Below are positions 51,254-64,000 of a stretch of DNA of 64,000 nucleotides, one piece after another (positions within the stretch are counted from its first letter, which is position 1; the number at the start of each line of letters is the position of its first letter). The DNA comes from Macrostomum lignano. Lineage: Eukaryota. The position numbers were made by a program, and so were the translations under genes. The notes beneath the pieces are model-generated. The model searched no databases. It had not been told where the DNA came from and saw only the letters and a program-made list of their open reading frames with translations. The DNA is taken from NCBI GenBank assembly GCA_002269645.1, contig NIVC01000037.1, positions 1,054,001 through 1,118,000 on the forward strand, in the 5' to 3' direction.

Positions 51254-51676
51254 TCAGGTGCCCTCAACAATGAGATCTTGCACCTTCCAGTTCTCGTAGC
51301 TGCCGTCGGGCAAATAGCGTCGAATAATAAACGGAATCTTTCTAGCCTTGAGCTCCTTCTCCGCAATCTTCAGCGGATCCGTTTCGCCTTCTAACTCAAC
51401 CATAACCGGCGCGCACAGCGAGATTTGCTGCGCCCTGGCGCCCAATACTCGAGCGCGCTCGTATTTAGTCATGTAGATTGACGTAACTCGCTCGTGAGGC
51501 GCCACTGGACCGCCGGCGCCAGCCGCGCCGCCAGACGTTAAAATTTCGACACCGCCGGTTCCGTCGCCGGCGCCACCAATATCGTCGTCGGCCAGGTGGT
51601 CGCCGCCGCCGACGCTGCCGCCATCGTTGTCCCGATGCGGCTCGTCCAGAGCGTCATTGTCTTCGTCGTCGCTCAT
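51254..51676 (-). CDS. POLR2F: RNA polymerase I/II/III common subunit RPB6 (RPABC2), 140 aa, single coding exon
   Basis: Acidic N-terminus plus the diagnostic [18 protein letters not shown]...[42 protein letters not shown]. Confidence 0.98.
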   Translation of the reverse strand: MSDDEDNDALDEPHRDNDGGSVGGGDHLADDDIGGAGDGTGGVEILTSGGAAGAGGPVAPHERVTSIYMTKYERARVLGARAQQISLCAPVMVELEGETDPLKIAEKELKARKIPFIIRRYLPDGSYENWKVQDLIVEGT

Positions 51677-52493
51677 GATTGACGCTGCTGCATGAATGTT
51701 TGTTAAGCCTGTGTTTTAATAAGTGTTAAAAACAATAATAACAATAATAATTTGTCAGGTGTCTAATGGAGGGCTGCAGGCACCATTAGCAACATCGTAT
51801 CAAAACCAGCGCTGATGGCGATTCCGCCCATTCTACTGACTCCTGAGCACATGCAAGGGCGCGAATACTGTGTACAGATATGCAGTCACACACACGCTCA
51901 CACAGGGTGTACAGCGGTCCTGACTTTCTAATCCTGTCAGGCATGCACACTCTCTGTGCCATGGGGGTTGGCCAAGGGGGGCCGTAGCCCAGCAGTCTAG
52001 TGCAGGCTCTGGTGTGCCAGCGACCCAGGGTCGATTCCAAGTGCAGTCACATTAATTTGGGGCTGAATTGGAATCTCGGCTTGGCTCTGCTCGTGCAATT
52101 AATGGCCTTGAGAGCCAACCCCCCAAGGCGCAGTGAAGTGTACATGCCTAACGATAAAATAAAGTTAGGGCCGCTGTACACTCCTGTGTGAGTGTGTGCC
52201 TGCGTACGTATCCGTGCGCTTGTATGCCTACTCAGGGGAGTCAGCGGAATGGGCAGTAATGCCTCTCGCCAGTTGTGTGCCTATGTTGCTTAAAGTGCGC
52301 CAGGGTGCACACAACCCCCTGCCTCTAATTAAAAAATGGGGGTTGGCCCTCAATGGGTGTGAATTGCAGAACAAAACTCTGGCCAATTTCTATGAACAAG
52401 TCTCAAAATAAATGTGGCCATGCATAGAATCAAAACTAGGAGTTGCAATGTAAAAGTCAGATGCATTTAATGCTAAGCTACTCTATTGCTAGC

Positions 52494-52665
52494 CAGTGGC
52501 GCAGCCAGGAATTTATTTGGGGGGGGGGGCATTTGGCATCCAGAGGAAGGGATATAGGGGGGAAGGGTTTTTTCTCTACAATTTCAGGGGGAGTGGTAAT
52601 TTTTTGTCCAGAATTTCAGGAGGAAGAGGGCTTCCTAGCCTCTATCCCTAGCTGCACTACTACTG
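52494..52665. mobile_element. Possible degenerate hAT MITE
   Basis: Left end CAGTGGCGCAGCCAGG followed by a poly-G run; right end CTAGCTGCACTACTACTG only loosely complementary; no clean TSD. Confidence 0.35.
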
Positions 52666-54800
52666 CTGGCAGCTTTATAATATTAAAGTCTTTCCATAAC
52701 CAAAATTTTCCCATAGCCTATTCAAAAGGCAAATTAATTTCTTTCAACTTTCTCACACTTTAGTGATAATAAATCTAATGTGAATAGTTCCTCTATCATT
52801 CACTGTAATATAGTGTGGAAGTAAAGAATGATAGCTCAATAGTTTAACCTACCATTTATTAACAGTGTCTTATCTATGCATTGTTCAATAAGAATGAATA
52901 AGACTAGATTTATCTTGACTTTAGCCCATACTAGCCCTATCATACAAATTGTATATATAGGCCTATGCTAGAAATGCTTAAAATGAAACAAAGGCTTTAT
53001 ATAGCTAGTTTTATATTTTAATTATTAAAAAACTAGAATAAATTTAGATGAAGTTGAATAGTTCCAACTTATTATAAAATTCAATACTCTTGAGTAAGAC
53101 TATAACAAAAAGGGACAAAAATTATCTTTTCAATCTAAAAATTAATAGGCTATTTAATGATTTTTTTCAATATGAAATTTTACTAGATTAAACCTAAATT
53201 GATTTGATTAGGCTAAATGGCTTACCATGACTGATTTTATTCCAAATTTATTAGTTAAATAATTGGTAGACTTACTAATTTATTTTCCTTTTTTTATTAC
53301 TAAATTTATCTTTTAAAAGACATACCCTATATTGACTAAAAGACAAACAAAATCACTTTTTATTTTTTATACTTAACATATTAAACTAAAGTAATAGTAA
53401 TGATATGATACAAATAATACAAAATGACAGTGAATAAAATCTCTACCTATAAAAATCAAAACTCTGTCTGTCTGTCTGTGTGTGGACAATTTTGATCGCT
53501 ATGGACTCCCAAACCGCTCAACCAAATTACACCAAACTTTACACCCACCCTAAACTTACTACGGAGAATGTCTTAGGCTACCTTTTAATTTCCTAAATTT
53601 GAGTCTTCCTACCTAAAAGTACAAAAAACTGCTCAAAATGCGCGATTTTTTCACTTAATCCTCCATAGCGCCGCTCCACTTCTACCGATTCTCTTCAAAT
53701 TTGACACAGATAATCTTTAACTATTTTGGCACAATTGTGTAAAATTTCGAGTCTCAAAGTCAATCCTGAGCGGTGCTGTGCACTTTTAAAGTTAGGCTGT
53801 TTTTTTCAGCGTAGCAACCACCCCAACCTCCGCCCGCCTGCCTCTCTTTCCCGATCCCGATCTGGGCCCAGATGTGTAAAAGGGTTTCAAAATTGACTAA
53901 CTTTCAGCTGCTATAAGTTTGCTCCACGTAAAGCGATTGACTCCCAACTTGACACAATTCTTCATTGACTCATTCTCTATCTAAATGTAAAGTTTCAACT
54001 CTGTAACTCAACCGAAAAAGAAACTGTAAGCATGTGAAGTTTGTCTGCTTTTTCTGTTGTTTGTGCCACTCACTCACTCATTCCCCCAGACATACATGCG
54101 CAACTGCTGGCCAACCTGGCCGATCCGGCCACCGTAAATCGTGGCTGACCAGGGGTAAGTCGCAAAATTGAGTCAACCAAAAACAGAAAAACACAAGAAC
54201 CAAGAAAGGCAAGAGGAAAGCGAAAAAAAGAGCAGTTCAGGGAAAATGGTGAAGCAAAAGAAAAACAATTCGCAAAAGAAGCAAACTAAGTTGTAAAAAT
54301 AATCAGGTAAGTCGCAAAAAGGATCAGGTAAGTCGCAAAAGAAGCAAACTAAGTTGCAAAATGGATCAGGTAAGTCGCAAAAGGGTTAGGTAAGTCGCAA
54401 AAAGGATTAGGTAAGTCGCAAAAAGGATTAGGTAAGTCGCAAAAGGATTAGGTAAGTCGCAAAAGGATTAGGTAAGTCACAAAAGGGTTAGGTAAGTCGC
54501 AAAAAGGATTAGGTAAGTCGCAAAAAGGATTAGGTAAGTCGCAAAAAGAAGCAACTAAGTCGCAATAAGAGGGAAGTAAGTCACAATCAGAGGCAATCAG
54601 GGGTAGTAGGTGCAAGTGTGGCAGGAGAGCAAAAACAGAATAGAAGCCTTCAACAACAGACAAGATCTTTGAAATCAGAAGCCCGCGTCAACAGTTTCCC
54701 ATTGATTTCTTAAACTCTGGAGCAGGGGTTGGCAAACTCCGGCTCGCGAAGCCCCTCTATCTGGCCCTCGCCCCTTGGGTTCTTTGAAACTTCCTAACTA

Positions 54801-55639
54801 CGAGGGGCGTCCGGAAAGTAGTGTTACTTTTGCTTGGTGTGGACGTATGGACAGTCACACTTGCATGTGCTTGGTGTCATTTGAAAGCGGCAAGTCTCTT
54901 CTTTAAAATGACACCAATTGCAAGAGATTTGAATCTGTGCTTCAAGAGATATGGACGATTAAGTAGAGAAAGGTCAGTCATAGACTTACAGAACCTCAAA
55001 AATGTCAACAGAAAACTTTTACGATTTTATCGATTTTTTCGTAATCATGGGCTGTCTATGACCAAATGTGATGCAGTGAACGAGAGGGGCTGTCTCATAA
55101 AACTACGAGACTTGTAAAACTGCTTCTGCTGCGCCTGCAAAGTTTATTGACATTCAATTTTCAATTGTGAACTGCAAATGGATGTGCATTCAAAGACTGG
55201 GCAGCGACATGCCATCTTTACACTTTGGAGCTCCGGAACCAAATCGGCTGACATCCACAGGCAACTTTGCACAGCTCATGGCGACCATGCTGTCAGCAAG
55301 ATGACAAGTCTGCCAACCGATGAATGATTTTAATGTTGTTCGCTTGTGTGATAATTTGCTTGTTATCTGTTTCACCTGCTTCTGTACTGTACTGTTGTGT
55401 TTTTTGTTTTTTCTGGAGTAATTACGCTCGTGATAAAAGTTTTCTGTTGACATTTTTAAGGTTCTGTAAGTCTATGACTGACCTTTCTCTACTTAATCGT
55501 CCATATCTCTTGAAGCACAGATTCAAATCTCTTGCAATTGGTGTCATTTTAAAGAAGAGACTTGCCGCTTTCAAATGACACCAAGCACATGCGGGTGTGA
55601 CTGTCCGTGCGTCCACACCAAGCAAAAGTAACTACTTTC
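54801..55639 (+). mobile_element. Mariner deletion derivative with long TIRs and a transposase N-terminal remnant
   Basis: TA|CGAGGGGCG left end; arms of about 205 bp (54815-55020 / 55435-55639), right end truncated. 55178-55327 encodes MDVHSKTGQRHAIFTLWSSGTKSADIHRQLCTAHGDHAVSKMT..., resembling the first HTH of mariner transposases. Confidence 0.75.
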
Positions 55640-55659
55640 TTAAGGTTGGTAACATTACT

Positions 55660-56345
55660 TAGGTTGGTGTCTCTTCAACTCTCATCTCTCTCTTCTTCTC
55701 TACCTTGCCTCCCCTCTTCTCTCTCTCCCCCTTTTCCCTCTTCTCTCTCCTCTCATTTTTACTCTCCTCTCTTCTCCCCCTTTCTCTCTACCCTTTCTCC
55801 TCAATGCCCTCTTCTCTCCTCTTATCTTCAGCAAAAATATGTGCATATTTTCTTGCTTCAAAGTAGAGGGAATAGAAGATTAGAGATAAGCAAACAGAGG
55901 AGAGGCGAGCGATGCGATGGGAGAAAAGATAGAAGAGGAGAGAAAAGCTGAGGGAGGAAAAAGAGATGAGAGAGAAGAGGAGATGAGAGGAAAGAGGAAA
56001 GAAAAGATGATGGATGAGATCAGAAGAGAGGAAAGAGGAAAGAGAAGAAAGTAGATGAGAGAAGAGAGGATAAAGAGGAGATGAGAGGAGAGTGAAGAGA
56101 GGAGAGATGAGAGAGTAGAAAAGAGAGGAGAGATAAGATGAGAGAGTAGAGTGGAGAGAGACGAGAGGGAAGATAAGATGAGAGAGTAGAGTGGAATGGA
56201 GAGAGACGAGAGGAGAGATAAGAAAGTAGAGAGGAGACAGAAGAGATAGGAAAGGAGAGGAAAGAGAGGAGAGAGGAGAGGAAAGAGAGAAGGGATAAGG
56301 GATGAGAGAGAAAAGAAAAAGAGGATGAGAAGATTGAGGAATGGA
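55660..56345. repeat. CT-rich then GA-rich low-complexity tracts
   Basis: Direct inspection. Confidence 0.85.
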
Positions 56346-57439
56346 GAGAATTTGCAAAGGCCTCAAATCTTAGTTTAACATGCATTACTCCCATCTTTGC
56401 CTTTTTCCTAACTGTTAACAAGTTTTTGTTTGAGCATGACTTCAAATTTAGAATCTATGCAAAAATAGTTCCGGGAATTAGAATTCAGTGGTTTAAAAAT
56501 CTGTGGGTTTTCACAGCTTGTATCTCTACTGGATTCGTATTCTGCATCTGATGAGCCATCTGAATCAGGGCTCTCATCTTCCATGCCAAATCGTCCAGCA
56601 AATCGTTCTTGAGCTATAGGTCACACTGTATTCACTTCACTTACTTCTGGACATTCATGAATCATGACTTTTGTAGTATGCTCACTACACTGTACTGACA
56701 ATTTACTAATTGCTTCATGCCGCCACTAGATGACATACTGATTAGCTGTTATAAAAACGCGGAATCTGCACGCAGCACTAATTAGCTGGCGAGGCATTTA
56801 GCTTTAAAAATATGGTCATAGTTACTCCTGCCGTTTACCTAAAGTTTTTGCTTGGCTCTTTCATAGGTAAGTCGCATTTTTTATCGAAAACTAAGTCGCA
56901 CGGCCAGCGTAATTTCAGAAGTTGCGCATGTATGCCCCCAGAGCCAGACGAAGGGTCAGGCGATAGGACTGAATGTACATAGCAAATGTACAGTGTTTTG
57001 GAATAACTTTTTTTATAGCCTTCTCGCACCCCAAGAGTGGAGAGGCTACGTTTAGCCATAACAGTTTAGTGAGAAATTCTAACCACTGCCCTCCTCTCTG
57101 TATTGGCAAACTCTGCAGCAGTTTAACAGTGGATGGCAATTGGCAAATCGAGGGAATCCAGCATGGTTTGTAAAAGCGAAAGATTTATGAAAAGGCGATG
57201 CGATGCAATGAAATACAACCCTAATAAATTAGGCACACCATGGACATTTTAAGTTTCTCTTAAAAGTACTTTAAAATTTAAATGGCCTCCTAAGAAATGC
57301 GTATTTCCTTGGTTGTTAGACTGATGCAAACTGCAGTAGAGCTGAAGATACACAAATTCCTTTCAGGGCTGCGAATTGGCAAGAAATATGACGTGATCAA
57401 AGCATGAGAACAACCATGTCAGTGGCCAGATAAAGAATC

Positions 57440-58224
57440 CAGCTTATGGCTGAGGGGCAGATGAGAGTGGAAAGAAGGAATAGACGATTCGAAGAGAGGA
57501 GAAGCGAAAGAGGGGATAAAAGAAAATATAAAAGATAATAGGAGAGATGAGGGGGTGAGGACGATGAGAGAGAGGGGGAGAAGAGGGGAGAGAGGAAAAG
57601 CGAGAGGAGAGAGTAGAGATGAGAGCAGAGAGCTGCAGATGAGAGGAGACAGCAGAGAGGAGAGCAGAGAGTTGACACAAAAGATTGACACAAAAAAGCT
57701 TGCGGCGCGAAAAAAAATCGTAGGCGCGAAAAAAATGGGCACTCCTCACTCCCACCACTGGGGAAGAGAGAAGAGATAAAGATACATCTCTACATCTCCA
57801 AGGTTGTAGAGATGAGAGAGGTGGAAGGAGAGATGAGAAATGAGAGATGAGAGATAAAGGAGAGAGGAGACTCGAGAGAGAGAAGAAAGGGAGAGAGAGT
57901 ATAGAAAAGGGAAGAGAAGAGAAAAAAGTAAGGAGAAAGGAAAGTGAGGAGTCAAAAGAGGGGAAAGAAAAGAGTACAGAGGAGAGAGGTGAGAGAACAT
58001 ATAAGACTGAGATGCCAGATTAAAGAGGGGGATGAGAGAGCAGAGACGAGAGTGAACAGATGAAAGATGGGAGAGTAGAGAGAACAGAGAAGAGATAAGA
58101 GATTACGGAGACGAGAGGAGAGAAGAGAGACAAATGTAGAGAAGTGAGTGAGGAGAGAGGAGAGGAAAGAGGAGAATGGAGAGGGGAGAGAGTAGAGAGA
58201 GGAGGAGAGATAAGAGAGAAAGAC

Positions 58225-58282
<58 letters not shown>

Positions 58283-58925
58283 CAGAGAGAAATGAGAAGA
58301 GATAAGAGAGAAAAGATAAAAGAAAAGAAAGGAAAGATGAAAGACCAAAGGCGAGAGAGAAAAAAGAGGTGAGGGAAGAGACGAGAGAAGAGGGGAGAGA
58401 GGAGAGAGGAAAGAAGAGATGAGAGGAGAGAGAGAGAGGAACGAGTAGAGAGGAGAGATGAGAGAGTAGAGGAGACAGTTAAGAGAAGAGAGAAAAGAAT
58501 AGAGAGGAGAAGGAAGAGACAAGAGAAGAGGGGGGAGAGGAGAGAGGAGAGGAGAGAGAAAAGAAGAGGGAAGAGATGAGATAAGAGAAATGAAAGAAAA
58601 GAGAGATGAGGGAAGATACGAGAAAAGATGGGAGAGGAGAGAGGAGAGGAGAGAGAAAACGAAAGAGTAGAGAGGAGAGAGGAGAGGAGAGAGAAAACGA
58701 AAAAGTAGAGAGGAGAGAGGAGAGGAGAGAGAAAAGAAGAGACATGAGATGAGATAAGAGAGATGAAAGAGAAGAGAGATGAAAGAGAAGAGAGATGAGG
58801 AAAGATACGAGAGAAGAGGGGAGAGATGAGAGAGGAGAGACGAGGGACGAGAGAGAAGAGAGGAAACAGAAGAGACGATAGAAATTTTAAAGGATCCAAG
58901 GGATGTAGGGAGAGGCAGGGAGAGG
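57440..58925. repeat. GA-rich low-complexity tract including (GA)n at 58230-58278
   Basis: Direct inspection; source of the S/L-rich minus-strand ORFs. Confidence 0.9.
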
Positions 58926-61900
58926 CCAGAGTTTGCCCATACATGTTTTAGAGTCAGACAGACATTGCCTGACATTCTGCGCAGTACCCCAGACAACAAT
59001 ATCAATGTTTGCCTCAAATCCTAATTTTACACGAATGTGCTCCATTTTATGTCTACCTCTATCCTACTAACTATTAACAAGTTTTTGTTTGTGTATGGCC
59101 TTAGATTTCAGAATACATGCAAAAGTAGTTCCGGGGATTGGAATTCCCCGGGTTCAAAATCCGCGGGTTTCAACAGCTTGTAAGTAATATAAATAGAAAA
59201 TTTATGCCAAAAGAAAAAAATTGTGTTACTATGATTGGACCTAAACTTTTTATATCTTTATTTTCAAGGATAAAAAATATTCCAACACATGTTTTGTTTT
59301 GCATGATTTCTATTTTACATTTTCAAAAAAGTTCTAATATTAAAAACTAAAAAGTTCTCTATTATTTATCTATCCCCAACTCCTAGGCCTATTTGATTAT
59401 TAAATTTTAGAGCAAATCAAACTCTAAGTTTTAACAGTGTTATTTTTCAAGTGTTAGAATTCAATTACACTTTAATTTAAAAGTGGACCTATATACTATA
59501 ATATATTATAGAACAAATAATAAATACAATAGATTAGGCCTGAGCAATAAAGGATATTCTCATGTTTAACCTAAAAAAGGAACACAACAAATCTGATGCA
59601 AATTTTCAGTCAGTTATATTATATTGGGCCCTGGGGAAAATATTGGTGGATTTGCAGCTAGAGGTGCTAGCCTACTGCCTACTGTGGCATGTGGCTCCCA
59701 GCAGGAGCGATTTTTGATGCTTCCTATTTTGAAAACAAAATAAAGCGAAATTACATGTAGTCGAATATCGATATTTCATACGAATTTTGAAATCATGCAT
59801 TTTAATAGAAGACAATAAGACATCAGAAATCGCTCCTGCTCAGACAAGGGTGAGACACAGTCAGCCACAGACCACAGTGCAGACTGCAGTGATAGATAGT
59901 GGCATGTTGGTATCAAGCTGAAACTCCACCAACATTTGTTTCTCAGTTGTAAGTCGGTGTCACCGTCTGTGTGTGCGTGTGTGTGTGTGTGTGTAAGTTT
60001 GAAGTCAATATTTTTATTTGCCTTTTTTGATAAAACTTTGCGCTTACGACTGATTGTGAGGTGGGGGTGGAGAAGTTTTGACAAACTTTGAAATACTTTA
60101 CTTTGTCGGCCGGTAATTCTTCGAAAACCGGTAGCGTTGCGTTCGCACGAATAAAACCGGAAAATCGCGCAGACGAATCACAACGAATTTCTTCTCCTTT
60201 TACTCCGACAGCCGGGGTCCTCAAATTCCGGGGGGAGGGTAGTCGTAATCGTAGCGGAGCGGTCGTTAGAGCGGCACGGTCGTTCAGATGGTAGACACCG
60301 GAGGTTGACGCCGTAAAATACTGTGTCGATATGCAGAGCTGTTTACTGTCAGTAGGGTAGTTGCTGCCACCACCGTAATTTACGTATTACGGAACGTTTA
60401 GTGATCTCAGAGCTTTCTTTGAGATGAGAGTTCGGTTATTTTACGCCCCACGGGCAAAGGATTCAAGATAGGCTATGGCTTAAGTCAACGGAATAAATAA
60501 TAAGCGTTAATTGGTGGTTACTTATTAGAGTAATTTGGTTATTAATTTTAAAGCAGGTTATTTATGACGATGATGAAAAACACGAGCGCCGGTGCGCTAA
60601 AAAACTAATAAACTGAAAGGAAGGGAGGCAGGAGGAAAGAATGAAAAAAAAAATTGGCAACTGAGCATGAGCAGTTTATATAAGCGAAAGTAGGGCAACG
60701 TCCAAAGCATGGGGAAAAGATTAGCCAACAAGGGGGCCATACAATGGTTAAAGGAGAAAAATACACAAAAAATATATTGAACCGCTTAATTCCAACTAAT
60801 GAAAAGGCTGATAGACAACGATGGGAAACTGATTAGCAACGGTGGGTCCACACACGGGGCCAACAGAAGGAGGGGGGGGTGATGTCATAACAATGGTTGG
60901 ACGCACGGGTTGGTATACACGAAGAAAAAAAATACGGGCGCGCATTTAAAATGAAAAAATATTAAACAAAATTATTAAATGGTGGCAACCCCACTGCCAC
61001 AATTGTTCTAAATAAAAATGGTAAGTTTCTTCGACACATGGGTTTTTAAAACTGCAATGCTTTTTTGTTCCGAAAAGTCAAATATTTTAAGTAGTTATAC
61101 TATAAAATTAATTTCTTTAAGCATATATATACAACGTTAAGCTTCTGTGAATATTTTAGCTTGTTTCGTTTTAACTGCTTTATTTAATTTAAATTATTAC
61201 ATCGTGGGTCGTTAAAGTTCATTCGACTTACTACTACTACTACTACTACTACTTTTCATGTTGGTTTGGTCTTTGGATGTACATCTATGTGCTAGTCAAT
61301 TTACATTTACTAAGTGTAACTTTTGAAACAAGAAGTAGGCCTAGTCATGTTAGTTGCTTAATATTTAGGTGATGTTTTGATGATTCATAATTTTATGATT
61401 GCAAAAATAATCAATTGCTTATTTAAAGACATGCAAAGTGCAAACTTGTTTTATGATTGGTCCCCTAAATTTTACAATTGACTAAGTCTAAGCTAAGTAT
61501 TATGCACTAAGCCTAAATCATGTTCATGTCCATGTGTTATATTGTGTATTTAGGCTTCAATGTAGTTGTTTTATGCATAGTTTGGTTTTTTATGTAAATG
61601 TAAATATGTAAACCATGTAAATATTGCTAGTGTTATTTACACAGAACCTAAGATAAATCTCTCCAGATCCTTATAAATAGTTATCTTAGACTCAATATTT
61701 GTCCTAATATCTTAAATTACTTTCATAATGAATTTAAACTATCTTAAGCCACTAAATGGAGTTTAGATATAATTTATATATTTATAGCTTAGGCCTAGTG
61801 TTTTTTATTAGCTCATAGGCCTACTATTAGCATTAATAATGCAAAGGCTATTTCAAAAGAAATGAACATTGAACAAGAATGCAACTCATTTGGTGTGCCA

Positions 61901-64000
61901 CTCATTTGCCTTTAAAAGGATAGATCTATGGTCAAATATAATTAGACCATTGTCATACCTTTGCTATGTCTCTGTCTTACCTGCACTGTCTCTGCCATAC
62001 TTATGGCATATGCTATATGTATGTCACTGTCACACGTGTGCCATGTCTCTGCCTTCCATTTACTGTCTTTGCCTCACCTGTACTGTCTAGCTATATTATA
62101 CTATATTGTATATAAAACTAGTATTTATTTTAGTTAATAGTTATTGTATAAATAATGACAATATTATTAACATGGTACTATATAATGTTTCACTGTAGCC
62201 ATAGCTATGGCTATGGGATCCTATGGCAAATATGGTAAAATAGATACCTATGGCAGCTACAGATATGCCTATAGTAGCTAGCTGCTCTTATAGCTACAAT
62301 TAGGCCTATGGAAATATGGTAATTGCTATCATATTCCATAGATTCCTATAGCCGTAGTTATTAATTTAAAGATTGAAAAAATACTAGTAACTAGAAACAG
62401 GTAGAGTAAAACAAAGATACTTTAGTAAACTGTATTATCAACTTAGAAACTTATAGAGTATATCTAATAAAGTACAATAAAACATTAGCAAACTCTAATT
62501 TTTATTCATGTGAAAAAGTTCTGCATCAGTACTTTCAGTAGCAATTAAGTATCATTGCTCTGTAAAAAGACAAAATATAATCTTACAAAGGCAGTTAAGT
62601 GTTTCTTTTATTTTCTAATTTAATTTGCAGTTTTTTAAGCACTAGGTTATCTTGATTCAAAATATTTTGTTTTTTAGACTTTTTGTTAAAACTAGGCCTA
62701 TAGCTACAGCTAAGGGAACTACAGGAATATGGTAATATTGGGGTCCCTATAGCTACAGAATATGGAAAATTAGAATAAGCCATAGTTTTGCTGATGGCTA
62801 CAGCTATGATACATGGACCTTCCTTATAGCAGAACCATGCTTAAGTGCAACCTAGGGATTCACTTGGCCATTTCTATTGGCAACATGCACATATAAGTTG
62901 CTATTGGACAGAATAGTAGTCAGGTGACTGCTCTTAGCCAATAGTGACTTACATGTGTATGTGTTGCCAATAGAAATGGCCAGGTGATTCCCAAGGTTGT
63001 GCATGTATAAGCAGAACACTAGTATTGTGCAAATAATAAGTGCCAAGCTTCAAAGTATAATTGCTTTAAGTATATTAAAAATGATGCTATATTATAAAGG
63101 TTGAAAACAATATCCATGCAGATGCATGTATATTATTATACTATTTTACAATAAATACTCAACAATATTAAAAACTTCATTATCTTTAAAAGTATACAGT
63201 ATGAGTAAATTATAGGCCTAGCTCAGTATTGACTTTTAAATGATTCAAAATCATGCAACTTATGCTACCTGACAGAGTTGGATTGACTGACAAGGGATTA
63301 AAAAGAGTAAAAAGCAAAAATTAGATAGATTGAAGCTTCTTTCCAACTTTCATTGTTTTTTTTCAAGCATTTTTAATATCAAAATAGTTGGCCAGGTGAT
63401 AGATGCTGGTCAAAAGACTGCTTACTAGGGCAAAGGGTGGCAACTTTTCAATGTTACTGAGTTGAGTATGCTTCTTAAATATAAATTGTTCTTTATCTTA
63501 GACTTGAGTTTATATTAGGCCCTAGCTTAGCATTAAGCTATTTTGAATACATATAGATACCATGCAGTCTATGGTTGAGTTAATATGTAATATATAGTAC
63601 TTAGCTTTTAGATAGTAATTTTTATACTCACAATAGTAGTATATGAATTATCAGTATCAGTAGCATTATCAAAAATGACTAACAATAGATTATAGATATA
63701 CTTATAATTTATGAAAATCAGAACTAAGAAAAAGGTATTGTTATAACATTGAATAAATTGCTGTTTTACTTGTTTCTATATTATGCCCTTAGTGGCAATA
63801 TTGATATCTCTTCTATACCCTTAATTATCAACTGTTAAGCTTATAATCTTATAAATTTACAATTTATGTTTCTTGTCTCAACTGTTATATCTTAATTAAA
63901 TAACATTAAAAATGTGCAATGTGGAAATCAAAGCCAAAATTCACAACTTTGATGATTTTCTAGCCAAAGCTATTGCTATATCTGATAAAAATCCACCACC

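Larger units (their letters stand above)
54091..56934. mobile_element. hAT-type element (2844 bp) with nested inserts
   Basis: 15-bp TIR CATACATGCGCAACT...AGTTGCGCATGTATG; perfect 8-bp TSD CCCCCAGA (54083-54090 / 56935-56942); subterminal TAAGTCGCA repeats at both ends, tandemly expanded at 54300-54560. Confidence 0.85.
53440..56966 (+). mobile_element. Non-autonomous Helitron-like element interrupted by a hAT insertion
   Basis: A|TC start followed by TACCTATAAAAAT and (CTGT)n. After removing 54091-56934, the 3' part reads CACTCACTCATTCCCCCAGAGCCAGACGAAGGGTCAGGCGATAG: an imperfect hairpin plus a CTAG-like end. Class assignment is by resemblance only. Confidence 0.5.

Noticed and set aside
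59800-60360. GC-richer minus-strand open stretch ending in a GTAAAG donor-like site
   Set aside because: About 80 open codons but no recognisable domain or convincing adjoining exons; left uncalled.

Overview
Eukaryotic, intron-containing genomic DNA with GC-rich exons and an extreme density of mini- and microsatellites. The style suggests an invertebrate such as a Macrostomum-like flatworm, but that is an unverified impression. Genes reconstructed by hand from splice sites and motifs: two inverted, intronless zinc-finger genes (641-1381 -, 7305-8183 +), three near-identical tRNA-Arg(TCT) genes, ALG12 mannosyltransferase (+), a coiled-coil protein with Rab11-FIP RBD-like motifs (+), an otopetrin proton channel (-), PIGF (-) and RPB6/POLR2F (-). 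Transposon relics with readable TIRs or TSDs: a Merlin deletion derivative, several hAT-type elements, a mariner derivative and a Helitron-like element, several of them nested. Best observations: (1) a 3-kb hAT-type element splits the first coding exon of ALG12, and its 8-bp TSD (GTAAGTCT) is itself a consensus splice donor; (2) an inverted duplication of a tRNA-Arg plus zinc-finger cassette; (3) a four-copy dispersed repeat with a conserved, covarying hairpin; (4) splice acceptors just upstream of four start codons and a tight RPB6-PIGF tandem, compatible with SL trans-splicing. Most long ORFs in the supplied track are translations of tandem repeats. No database searches were run, and I cannot claim a new biological system from sequence alone.
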